Positions 9,915-18,506 of a stretch of 56,180 nucleotides of DNA are shown one piece after another; position 1 is the stretch's first letter, and the number at the start of each line of letters is the position of its first letter. Where the stretch lies: contig WFSF01000202.1 in NCBI GenBank assembly GCA_015486155.1, forward strand, positions 1 through 56,180, read 5' to 3'. Position numbers and translations under genes: made by a program. This stretch comes from Armatimonadota bacterium (lineage in GTDB: Bacteria; Armatimonadota; Hebobacteria; Hebobacterales; Hebobacteraceae). The notes beneath the pieces were generated by a model. That model was not told the DNA's origin and searched no databases. It saw only the letters and a program-made list of their open reading frames with translations.

Positions 9915-10098
9915 CTCGAATCTCCTCTTCCCCTCCACAAGCGCCTGCCTCACGACTTCAGAATCACTTTCCGCCTGCGAGAAGGAGTCCCTGCCACACG
10001 GCGCGCGCAGATGCTCACGACCGAGTAGGGAAAGGCGACACATACCCCCATGCGCTACAGCGCTATGGCACAAGGCGCACACAAGGGGAAACAAAGGA

Positions 10099-10209
10099 TG
10101 GCTCCGCGGGGAGGACTCGAATGCGCCTCCGGCGCATCTTCGACCTCCAATCCTAGTGGTCAATTCAGCCAGAGGCGGACAGACTCTGCCGATTGAGCTA
10201 CCGCGGAGC
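10099..10209 (-). tRNA. tRNA-like element, about 110 nt (intron-bearing, degenerate or chimeric tRNA gene; anticodon not assignable)
   Basis: Minus strand reads GC-TCCGCGG-TA-GCTC-AATCGGCA-GAGT-C-...-GGAGG-T[CGAAGATGCGCCGGAGGCGCAT]TCGAGT-CCTCC-CCGCGGA-G-CCA. The acceptor stem is perfect at 7 bp (9 bp if extended). The D-arm is canonical (U8, A14, G18G19, A21). T-stem halves and a TTCGAGT T-loop are present, and CCA is encoded. However, there is a 22-nt hairpin inside the T-loop and about 11-12 extra nt in the anticodon region, and I could not fold a canonical anticodon arm. Confidence 0.35.
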
Positions 10210-10486
10210 GGGCTTGCGCTAGATGTAGGCATGTTAAATGACGGCGAACAAGAAACGGAGAATCCGGTGGAGATTCACGCGGGTTTCGGTCGCAAACGTG
10301 GAGGGTTCGACGCGAGCTCCGGAGGGCTTGCCGCGGAACGGAGAATCGGCAAGGGAGCGAGGCGGGGGCAGTGTCTGGAACGCATCTGCCTTACCTATCT
10401 GGACAGGAACGACCGACCCCAAGAAGCCGATACGACCCGACGATTGTGAAGAGCGGACCGACCGGACCCTATGAAGCCCCAGGCCG

Positions 10487-11038
10487 CTATGGTGAGCAGA
10501 ACAACGATGTGAGAGCATGGTAGACGATGGGCTCAGCGATACGCGCCAGTCGCACGGAGACATAGAGCAGTGCGAAGGTAATGACGACGGCTAGCGCAAT
10601 CCACGCGGCCTCGCCAGCCCTGCCCCTATCCCGCAGTAGCCGCGAGACCAGGCTTGCGATCCGCGGCCTACTTATGATGGCCCCAAAGGCAGTGGTTAGA
10701 GCGGCCCAGACCGGCAGCGCCAGGACGCCGCGCCAGATCTGGCGGAATGCTAGTAGCCAGTACACGGAAACGAGACCCATCGTCGCCAGCATGCCCACGC
10801 CGAACCACTCGAGCCGCTTCGTTGCGTGGCCGCGAGGGAAAGCCGTCCAGAGCTCGAGCATGACCAGGACGGCCATAGCCAGGAACACTGAGGCCAGTGT
10901 TAGGCCCAGGTTGCCGGGACGCAGGCCGCTCGAGAATGCCGAGAGGGCAACGAGTACTCCCAGCACCGATATGAGCCTGTGGTTCTCCTCGACGAACTCC
11001 CGAAGCGTAACCCTTCCTTCCGAGTCGGTGCTTGCCAT
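10487..11038 (-). CDS. Membrane protein, unknown function
   Basis: Start at MASTDSEGRVTLREF (ATG 11038). About 5 hydrophobic helices. No recognisable family. Confidence 0.55.
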   Translation of the reverse strand: MASTDSEGRVTLREFVEENHRLISVLGVLVALSAFSSGLRPGNLGLTLASVFLAMAVLVMLELWTAFPRGHATKRLEWFGVGMLATMGLVSVYWLLAFRQIWRGVLALPVWAALTTAFGAIISRPRIASLVSRLLRDRGRAGEAAWIALAVVITFALLYVSVRLARIAEPIVYHALTSLFCSP

Positions 11039-11149
11039 GAGTGTTACACCCCTATTGCAGCCGGCTCGCGCGGCTGCTTCAGATGCCATTATAGCAGCCG
11101 GGCGCGCGCCAAGTCAGACGCGGGCAGATGGGATGCCTGCTTGCCTGCC

Positions 11150-11389
11150 ATGAACCGCCGTCCCGCAATCACCGAGAAACAGGAGATCGCTGCCCGCCAG
11201 GAGCGCGCTTGGCACCTCGTGGTCGTGCGGCGGCTGAGCGAGCAGGAGGCGGCCGAGATACTGCAGGTCAGCGATCGCACCATCCGGCGCGACCTACGGC
11301 CATGCGCGCCCGGGGCACGCGCGCCCTTCGCAGCTTGTCCGGTCAGAGCAACGTCTTCCAGCTGGCCACTCACATGTGGACCCCGCTGA
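11150..11389 (+). CDS. Small HTH protein (sigma70 region-4-like), C-terminus possibly frameshifted
   Basis: MNRRPAITEKQEIAARQERAWHLVVVRRLSEQEAAEILQVSDRTIRRDL is a clean HTH. The last 30 or so residues (RPCAPGARAPFAAC...) look off-frame. Confidence 0.4.
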   Translation: MNRRPAITEKQEIAARQERAWHLVVVRRLSEQEAAEILQVSDRTIRRDLRPCAPGARAPFAACPVRATSSSWPLTCGPR

Positions 11390-11828
11390 CGGCTCGCTCT
11401 GCGCCCGCCGTGGACCGGAGGAATGGCTCCCGGCGGGGGTCATCTGCGAGAACTTCTCTGTTCACTTCCGCCTTCGGCGCAAATGTCCTTCTGAGGCGTC
11501 TGAGAGGGCTCCTGAGGAAAAGCCGCACAGGAAGCGCATCCCCGCCCTCCAGCGCGCCTATGAGTTTCAGGCGCTGCTCGAATCCGGGGCGGTGAACAAC
11601 AAGGCCGAAATCGCCCGGCAATACGGCCTCAGCCGGGCCAGGGTGACGCAGATCCTGAACCTGTTGAAACTCCCAGCCCAGGTGCTCGACTACATCGAAG
11701 AGCTGCCACGGGAAGAGCAACTCTGGTATTCGGAGCGGAGGCTGAGAAGAATCGCGGCTCTGGAATCGGGGGAAGAGCAGATGAAGGAGTTTGAGTGCAT
11801 ACAATCTACGCGGCAAGGCTCTGCCTAA
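11376..11828 (+). CDS. ParB/KorB-like HTH protein (start uncertain)
   Basis: The C-terminal half, NKAEIARQYGLSRARVTQILNLLKLPAQVLDYIEELP, is a ParB-type HTH. The N-terminal 40 or so residues are of doubtful coding quality. Confidence 0.45.
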   Translation: MDPADGSLCARRGPEEWLPAGVICENFSVHFRLRRKCPSEASERAPEEKPHRKRIPALQRAYEFQALLESGAVNNKAEIARQYGLSRARVTQILNLLKLPAQVLDYIEELPREEQLWYSERRLRRIAALESGEEQMKEFECIQSTRQGSA

Positions 11829-12047
11829 CGAGAGATTGCTGCACCTCCGCCGCACTAGCCGAGCAGCAGCTGCCTCCGAGCCCCTGTGTCCTCTGCGCGT
11901 CTTCGCTGCGCCTCGCTATACGAGCAAGCGCCGTGTATATATTGCTGACTTTCCCCTGTTTGGCATCGGCAGGAAACACAAAGCGAAACTCGAATAGACT
12001 GCACCAAACCGAAAACGGTCCAGATTTGAGAATGAAGGTACGGTGAC

Positions 12048-12266
12048 GTGGCTGACAAGCTGATGACGGTCGAGGAAGTGGCAGAGTACCTGCGGGTCAA
12101 GGTCTCGACGGTATACCAGTGGGCCAAGGAGGGGAAGATTCCAGCCTCCAAGGTAGGCCGTCTCTGGCGATTTGATCCCAACGAGGTGGAGGCATGGGTG
12201 CGGCAGCAGAAGATGGTTGACTGCCCGCCGAAAGTAAAAGCAATCCGAGATGACCGTCAGGCTTAA
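12048..12266 (+). CDS. Excisionase-family (MerR-like) helix-turn-helix DNA-binding protein
   Basis: MTVEEVAEYLRVKVSTVYQWAKEGKIPASKVGRLWRFDPNEVEAWV matches the excisionase-family HTH pattern. It is the first gene of the plus-strand operon. Confidence 0.75.
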   Translation: MADKLMTVEEVAEYLRVKVSTVYQWAKEGKIPASKVGRLWRFDPNEVEAWVRQQKMVDCPPKVKAIRDDRQA

Positions 12267-12318
12267 ATAGCTGAAACTCAATATGTTCTCAGAGCACTGA
12301 GAGGAGAGGGGAACGGTT

Positions 12319-15300
12319 GTGTCAAGCAAGATTGAGGACAAGCTCAGGAAGGGCGCTGTCATAGCGAGCAATATCTTTCCTGAGAAGGTCGAAGTGGTCG
12401 CGGTTGAGCCGAGCGGTTCAACTTATATAGTGCTGGCCAGGGGGCTCGAGACCGGGAAGATCCACGAGAAGATTCTGAGCCAGGAACAGGTCGAGGGACT
12501 AGAGACCGCCACAGCAACGGGAGATCTCAGCTTCGATGCCAATGCCGCGGAGTTCTTCCTCGGCATCGAGGCGCACCGCATTCGGCTAGCATTTGAATTC
12601 GATCCGCTCTTCGCTCTGAATGTCTCGCGGGTGGATCCGGTGCCCCATCAGTTGGAAGCTGTCTACAAGTACTTGCTCCCGCACCATCGTGCGGTGCGCT
12701 ACCTGTTGGCAGATGATCCCGGCGCAGGCAAGACTATCATGGCAGGCCTCGTGCTGAAAGAGCTCAAGATGCGGAGGATCGTGAACAGTTGCCTCATCGT
12801 CGTTCCTGGACATCTGAAGCCTCAGTGGCTGCGAGAAATGAAGGAAAGGTTCGGAGAACGGTTCACTATCGTGGACCGGAATACGATGAATGCTTCCTAC
12901 GGAAGCAATGTCTGGAAGGATCGGCGCTGGTGTATTACCTCCCTTGATTTCGCCCGGCAGGACGATATCAAAGAGACGCTGCGTGGCACGCACTGGGACT
13001 TGGTGATTGTTGACGAAGCTCACAAGATGGCCGCATACCAGTACGGCGAGAAGGTTGACAGGACCAAGCGTTATCAGTTGGGAGAGGTGCTGGCTGAACA
13101 TTCCAGCAACCTACTGTTCCTGACCGCCACGCCACACCGAGGTGATCCTGATAACTTCCGGCTTCTACTCTACCTGCTGGATGCCAATGTCTTCTCAAGC
13201 AAGGAAAGCATGGAGCGTGTACTCAGGGAGGACCGGGAACAATACGTGCTACGGCGCATGAAGGAAGACCTCAAGGGTTTCGATGGGAAAAGGCTGTTTC
13301 CGCCGCGCGAAGTCATGACAATCGGGTACAAGCTCTCGAAGCCGGAACAAGACTTATACAACGAAGTGACTGCTTACGTAAAGAAGTATTACCGACTCGC
13401 GCAGAGGGTCGAAGATGTCAGGCGCAGACAGAATATTACCCTGGCTTTGATAGTGCTGCAGAGACGCGCGGCGTCCAGCGTGCGGGCACTACGAAGTTCT
13501 CTCGAGAATAGGCGAAGGCGCTTGCAGGGCATGCTCGACAACCACCAACTGGTACAGGAGATGGTTGACATTTACGGCGACCCCGAAGACATGCCCGAAG
13601 AGGAACGATGGAAGATCGAGGGTGCGCTTGAATCTTTGACGACCGCGCAAAGCTTTGAGGAGCTGCAAGACGAGATTCAAGAATTAAACCGCCTGATCGA
13701 CGCCGCGAAAAAAGTAGAACGCGCCGAAGTGGAGACCAAGCTCACGCGTTTGAAGGAGCTCCTCGCAGAGCGAATGACCAAGGGCAATGCCGACGAGAAG
13801 CTTCTTGTTTTCACAGAAGCGATGGCCACCCTGCGCTATCTGGCCGAGAAGATCACGTCGTGGGGATACTCGGTGTGCACCATCCACGGCAACATGAGCC
13901 TGGAGCAGCGAATCAAAGCGGAGGAGGAGTTTCGGCACTCCAAGCAGGTAATGATCGCCACTGAGGCAGCAGGCGAAGGTGTCAACCTGCAATTCTGCTG
14001 GATGATGGTCAACTACGATATTCCGTGGAATCCGAATCGTCTTGAGCAGCGCATGGGACGGATTCATCGGTACGGACAAAAACACCCGATCGTATTCATC
14101 TTCAATATGGTGGCGCTGAACACGCGGGAAGGCCGGGTGTTGCATAAGCTCTTTGAGAAGATTGAGACGATGAAGCAACACCTAGGACCCGATCGTGTCT
14201 ATGACGTGATTGGAGAGATATTGGAGGAGGCAAAGACCGAGGAACTCCTTCGAAGAGTGGCTTTGGGCGAGCAAGAGGTCACGGAGGCAGAGGAAGAGAT
14301 AGACGCCCTTTCGGTGGAGCGGGCAAAAAAGGAAATATCGAAACTCATTGGCGAGGCTCTCGCCATTCGGGTTGATGAACGGTGGAGCAGAGATCGGGCC
14401 CGGTTATCCGAGCAGAACAAGCTCGTTCCCGAGTATCTGGAGAACTTCTTTGTCCGTGCATTCGAGGCCATCGCCGGTAAGGGCAAGGTGAAAAGGAGGG
14501 CTGACGGATTCCTGAGTATTAGGTGGGTACCGGCAGAAATCAAAGACGTATCCTATGACTTTCGGATGCGTTACGGTCTGGTAGATGACCACTACCCGAA
14601 GTTCACCTTTGACAAGAACCTGCTGAAAGAAGAAGAGACCGCCGATCTCATTGCGCCAGGTCATCCCCTTATGGAGGCAGTCATCGAAAAGGTTCTGCAA
14701 AAGTTCGGCCCCAATCTTCGGCTTGGCGCGGTATACGAAGACCCCGACGGTGAGATGAACGGCCTGATCTGGTTCCTGGAGGGGGCGGTGACCGATGGCA
14801 TGGGTGATATAGCCGGCAGACGGATGTTCGCGGTATACGCTCCGGTTGAAGGAGAGGTGCAACCGATGCGAGCCACTGCCTTGTGGGACCTGAAGCCGGC
14901 TGGTGGGAAGCCTTCGGAAGAATTGGTGGAGCTCGCTTCGCGCAGGTCCGAGGTTGTTACCCATCTGGTGTCCAACGAATTCGAGTCCTATCGACGATTG
15001 CTGCAGAAGGAGCGTGAGCGAGAGATCGCAATCAAGAAGAAGTATGGGCTGGCAGCATTGAAGCGTCGCATCTTCGACTTGGACGTGAAGATGACGGAGT
15101 ATCTGGAGAAGGGAGGCTCCGAAGACGATATCGCTTACGAGAACTACGACCGAGACATGGACCGCCTGAAGCATGAAAAGGACAGGATGGAAGCCGAGCT
15201 GAGGCGCGAAGCGAACTTGACGCTGACTCCGCCAAGGGTAATTGGAGTGGCGGCCGTCATGCCAGCAGTTGGCGCAGGCAGGCTTTCCCGGGACCCCGAA

Positions 15301-15657
15301 ATTGAAGCCATCGGTATGAGGGTCACGATGGAATACGAGCGGAAACAAGGCCGGAGTCCACGCGACATGTCAGCGGAGAAGCTTGGTTACGATGTGGTCT
15401 CGGAGAAGGAGGGCGAAGTCAGATACATAGAAGTGAAGGCCAGGGCGGGCGAAGGCCAGATATTCCTTACACCAAATGAATGGATGACAGCCAGGCAGCT
15501 GGGAGACAAAGCCTGGCTATACGTGATCGTGGACTGCGCAAAGAAGCCAAGGCTGCACACCATCCAGAATCCGGCCGCTAAGCTAAAGGCGGCCCGCGAG
15601 GTGAAAATAGTGCGGTACGCAGTGGCCCCTGAGGAGTGGAAGAGGGTGGTCTCGTGA
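12319..15657 (+). CDS. SNF2-family helicase with C-terminal DUF3883 / PD-(D/E)XK-like nuclease domain
   Basis: 1112 aa. Helicase motifs: LLADDPGAGKT (I), LVIVDEAHKM (II), LFLTATPHRGD (III), YDIPWNPNRLEQRMGRIHRYGQ (V/VI). The C-terminus, GYDVVSEKEGEVRYIEVKARAGEGQIFLTPNEW...WLYVI, is the DUF3883-type restriction-endonuclease-like core (D...E-V-K). Confidence 0.9.
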   Translation: MSSKIEDKLRKGAVIASNIFPEKVEVVAVEPSGSTYIVLARGLETGKIHEKILSQEQVEGLETATATGDLSFDANAAEFFLGIEAHRIRLAFEFDPLFALNVSRVDPVPHQLEAVYKYLLPHHRAVRYLLADDPGAGKTIMAGLVLKELKMRRIVNSCLIVVPGHLKPQWLREMKERFGERFTIVDRNTMNASYGSNVWKDRRWCITSLDFARQDDIKETLRGTHWDLVIVDEAHKMAAYQYGEKVDRTKRYQLGEVLAEHSSNLLFLTATPHRGDPDNFRLLLYLLDANVFSSKESMERVLREDREQYVLRRMKEDLKGFDGKRLFPPREVMTIGYKLSKPEQDLYNEVTAYVKKYYRLAQRVEDVRRRQNITLALIVLQRRAASSVRALRSSLENRRRRLQGMLDNHQLVQEMVDIYGDPEDMPEEERWKIEGALESLTTAQSFEELQDEIQELNRLIDAAKKVERAEVETKLTRLKELLAERMTKGNADEKLLVFTEAMATLRYLAEKITSWGYSVCTIHGNMSLEQRIKAEEEFRHSKQVMIATEAAGEGVNLQFCWMMVNYDIPWNPNRLEQRMGRIHRYGQKHPIVFIFNMVALNTREGRVLHKLFEKIETMKQHLGPDRVYDVIGEILEEAKTEELLRRVALGEQEVTEAEEEIDALSVERAKKEISKLIGEALAIRVDERWSRDRARLSEQNKLVPEYLENFFVRAFEAIAGKGKVKRRADGFLSIRWVPAEIKDVSYDFRMRYGLVDDHYPKFTFDKNLLKEEETADLIAPGHPLMEAVIEKVLQKFGPNLRLGAVYEDPDGEMNGLIWFLEGAVTDGMGDIAGRRMFAVYAPVEGEVQPMRATALWDLKPAGGKPSEELVELASRRSEVVTHLVSNEFESYRRLLQKEREREIAIKKKYGLAALKRRIFDLDVKMTEYLEKGGSEDDIAYENYDRDMDRLKHEKDRMEAELRREANLTLTPPRVIGVAAVMPAVGAGRLSRDPEIEAIGMRVTMEYERKQGRSPRDMSAEKLGYDVVSEKEGEVRYIEVKARAGEGQIFLTPNEWMTARQLGDKAWLYVIVDCAKKPRLHTIQNPAAKLKAAREVKIVRYAVAPEEWKRVVS

Positions 15658-18506
15658 AACGACTCATAGAGATGGATTTTCCGATATTTGAAGTCAGCCG
15701 GGAATCGGCTCGCGAGAAGAGCATTCGTCACGGCCACATCTCCACGCTCCACATCTGGTGGGCGCGGCGTCCCCTGGCTGCGTGCCGGGCAGCTGTCTTT
15801 GCGTCTCTCGTGCCTACACCAGCCGGCATGACAGAGCGAATACCAGAATACGTGGAGTTCCTGCTAAGCACTCTGCCTCCAGCGCCTGATGAGAAGCCCA
15901 GGGAATGGGATGGTATCAAGGCGCACAAGCGGTTAGTGAAATTCACGGCAGACCTTTCTCCCTGGGAGGCCACACAAAACAAGCAACTGATAGACAGGGC
16001 GCGTAAGATAATCTTGGTGGCCAAGGCAGTCATTGACGGTCTCCGTGGCGAGGCGCTCCAAGAAGTGATTGATGGGAAGCGCAAGATCGATCCTCCGAAG
16101 GTATTAGATCCCTTCGCGGGAGGTGGGTCAATTCCATTGGAAGCGCTCCGACTCGGATGTGAAGCATACGCCGTGGACTACAATCCTGTGGCAGTGCTGA
16201 TCCTCAAAGCCACCCTGGAATACCCTCAGAAGTACGGCAAACGCCTCGTGGAGGATGTGAAAAAGTGGGGTGACTGGGTGCTCGAAGAGCTTCGGAAGGA
16301 GGTCGGCCGGTTCTACCCAGAGGAGGGAGATCCGGGCCAGGGCAGACTTGTCGCGGGTGCAAAGAAGGGTGGCTGGGCACCTGTGGGTTACATCTGGGCA
16401 CACACCATAGTGTGCCAGAATCCATCTTGTGGGGCCGAGATACCTCTGATGCGTCAGTTCTGGCTGCGGAGAAAAGAGCGCGATGGTCGGATTGACTGGG
16501 AGGATTCTATATATCTTCATCCGATCGTGGACAAGAAGAAGAGAACAGTCGAGTTCGAGGTAGTGGAAAGGCGGAGAATCGAAGATTTTGACCCAAGCAA
16601 AGGAACTCGGCCAACAACGAAGGCACGCGCGACTTTTCTTTGTCCAGTGTGCGGTGCGACTTACAAAGCGAAAGACCTGAGGAAATACGGAAAGAACAAA
16701 GGCCTCGGGCATCGGATGATCTGTGTTGTGCTGCACAATGAGAACCATCCCGGCAAGAAATACCGCGCAGCGACAAGCGAAGATACCGCACTCTATGAGG
16801 AGGCTGCAAGAGCGCTGGAAGAAAAGGTCAGCAACTGGGATGGCGAATATCCGGCGATTCCGGACGAGCCATTGCCCCAAGACGGCACGCTTGGCTTCAG
16901 TGTGAACAAGTACGGCTATAACACGTGGGGTGACTTGTTCAATGCGCGCCAGTTGCTGGCCCTGATCGCAATTGTGAAGAAGTTAAGAGAGGCGGTGGCA
17001 AACATTGCCAAGCACGCCAGTAGAGACTCCTTTGCAGGTGCTGTAGCAACAGGGCTCGCATTTTGCGCTGATCGGATCGCTGACTACAATTCCCGTTGCT
17101 GTATGTGGGCGGCGCCGGGGGAGTTCGTTGCGCATACGTTCAGCAGACAAGCACTTCCAATGGTATGGGATTACTTTGAGTTGAATCCCGTGAGTAGCAC
17201 CACGGGAGGTTGGGTCAGCGCGCAGGATTGGGTGCGTAGAGCCCTAGAGCACTGTGCGCGTGTGTCATCGTGCGGACTGGTAAAGCAGGGGAGCGCTACG
17301 GGGCGCCCATGGCCCGGGAACGAATATCACGGCATAGTGACCGATCCTCCGTACTATGACAATGTCCCCTACTCGGATGTGTCTGACTTCTTCTACGTCT
17401 GGTTAAAGCGCCTGCTGAGTGACGTCGACGAGGAGCTCTTCGCTACCCCGCTCACCCCGAAGTCGCAAGAGATAATCCAGGAGCCGGTGCGCCATGAGAG
17501 AGACAACAACCGGGCTAAAAGATTCTATGAGGAAATGATGGGCAGGGCCTTCAGTGAGATGGCGAAAGCGCTGGAGTCCCACGGCATCAGTACGATAATC
17601 TTCGCACATAAGACAACCGAAGCATGGGAAACGCTGGTAAGTGCGTTGCTGCAGGCTGGCTTGGTGCCTACGTCCTCCTGGCCGATACACACGGAGAGGG
17701 GGGCGCGGTTGCGAGCGCGGGAGAGTGCTGCCCTAGCATCGTCATTCTTCCTTGCTTGCCGCAAGCGTGAAAGCGAGCAGGAAGTCTATTTCAAGGATAT
17801 CCGAGAGGCGCTACACAAGCGCATCCATGAACGCCTGGAGCACTTTTGGGAGCAAGGAATTCGCGGTGCGGACTTCTTCATCTCTGCTATCGGGCCTGCT
17901 GTTGAGGTGTTTGGGAAATACGCCAAAGTGAAGAAGGTTACCGGTGAGGAAGTGACAGTAGCGGAGCTTCTGCACGAAGTACGCAAGGAAGTCACGGACT
18001 ACGCACTGAGGCGAATACTGGGGGGAATCCAGCTGGACAAGATAGATGCCATCACGCGTTTCTACATTTTATGGCGATGGACATACAACGGTGAAACCGT
18101 CGAGTATGATGACGGGCGTAAGCTGGCACAGGCGGTCGGCATCGAGTTGGACGATATTCGCGGACGAGAAAAACTGGTGACTGGCAAGGACAAGATAGCG
18201 GTTGCGAAACCACAAGAGCGAGACGTTGATAGCATCGCAACGCGGGCACCGGTGAACCTAGTTGATGCTCTGCACAAAGCGTGCCTGCTGTGGAACGCCG
18301 ATCGGACGAAGGAACTGCAGGACTTCCTGGCCGAGACTGGCTACGGAACGGATTCTTCCTTTTGGGAGACGGCACAAGCATTGTCTGAACTTCTGCCAGA
18401 TGGAGACAAGGAGAAGCAAATGCTCCAAGGTTTGCTGATGAAAGCGCCTACGGTGGCCGGTCAGGCAGAGAAACAATTGACTCTTAATGGGGGGTGGACT
18501 TCATGA
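15654..18506 (+). CDS. DUF1156-family DNA methyltransferase (N6-adenine/N4-cytosine type, with Zn ribbon)
   Basis: GTG 15654 overlaps the helicase TGA (GTGA). The N-terminus KRLIEMDFPIFEVSRESAREKSIRHGHISTLHIWWARRP is the DUF1156 signature. Also DPFAGGGSIPLEA (motif I), VTDPPYYDNVPY (motif IV), and the Cys pairs CQNPSCG and CPVCG. Confidence 0.9.
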   Translation: MKRLIEMDFPIFEVSRESAREKSIRHGHISTLHIWWARRPLAACRAAVFASLVPTPAGMTERIPEYVEFLLSTLPPAPDEKPREWDGIKAHKRLVKFTADLSPWEATQNKQLIDRARKIILVAKAVIDGLRGEALQEVIDGKRKIDPPKVLDPFAGGGSIPLEALRLGCEAYAVDYNPVAVLILKATLEYPQKYGKRLVEDVKKWGDWVLEELRKEVGRFYPEEGDPGQGRLVAGAKKGGWAPVGYIWAHTIVCQNPSCGAEIPLMRQFWLRRKERDGRIDWEDSIYLHPIVDKKKRTVEFEVVERRRIEDFDPSKGTRPTTKARATFLCPVCGATYKAKDLRKYGKNKGLGHRMICVVLHNENHPGKKYRAATSEDTALYEEAARALEEKVSNWDGEYPAIPDEPLPQDGTLGFSVNKYGYNTWGDLFNARQLLALIAIVKKLREAVANIAKHASRDSFAGAVATGLAFCADRIADYNSRCCMWAAPGEFVAHTFSRQALPMVWDYFELNPVSSTTGGWVSAQDWVRRALEHCARVSSCGLVKQGSATGRPWPGNEYHGIVTDPPYYDNVPYSDVSDFFYVWLKRLLSDVDEELFATPLTPKSQEIIQEPVRHERDNNRAKRFYEEMMGRAFSEMAKALESHGISTIIFAHKTTEAWETLVSALLQAGLVPTSSWPIHTERGARLRARESAALASSFFLACRKRESEQEVYFKDIREALHKRIHERLEHFWEQGIRGADFFISAIGPAVEVFGKYAKVKKVTGEEVTVAELLHEVRKEVTDYALRRILGGIQLDKIDAITRFYILWRWTYNGETVEYDDGRKLAQAVGIELDDIRGREKLVTGKDKIAVAKPQERDVDSIATRAPVNLVDALHKACLLWNADRTKELQDFLAETGYGTDSSFWETAQALSELLPDGDKEKQMLQGLLMKAPTVAGQAEKQLTLNGGWTS

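Noticed and set aside
10099-10209. tmRNA, tRNA-Sec or a class II long-arm tRNA as an explanation for the oversized tRNA-like element
   Set aside because: The D-arm is of ordinary class I type. There is no UCA anticodon in a plausible loop. The extra hairpin sits inside the T-loop rather than at the variable-arm position. The 110-nt length is far below tmRNA.
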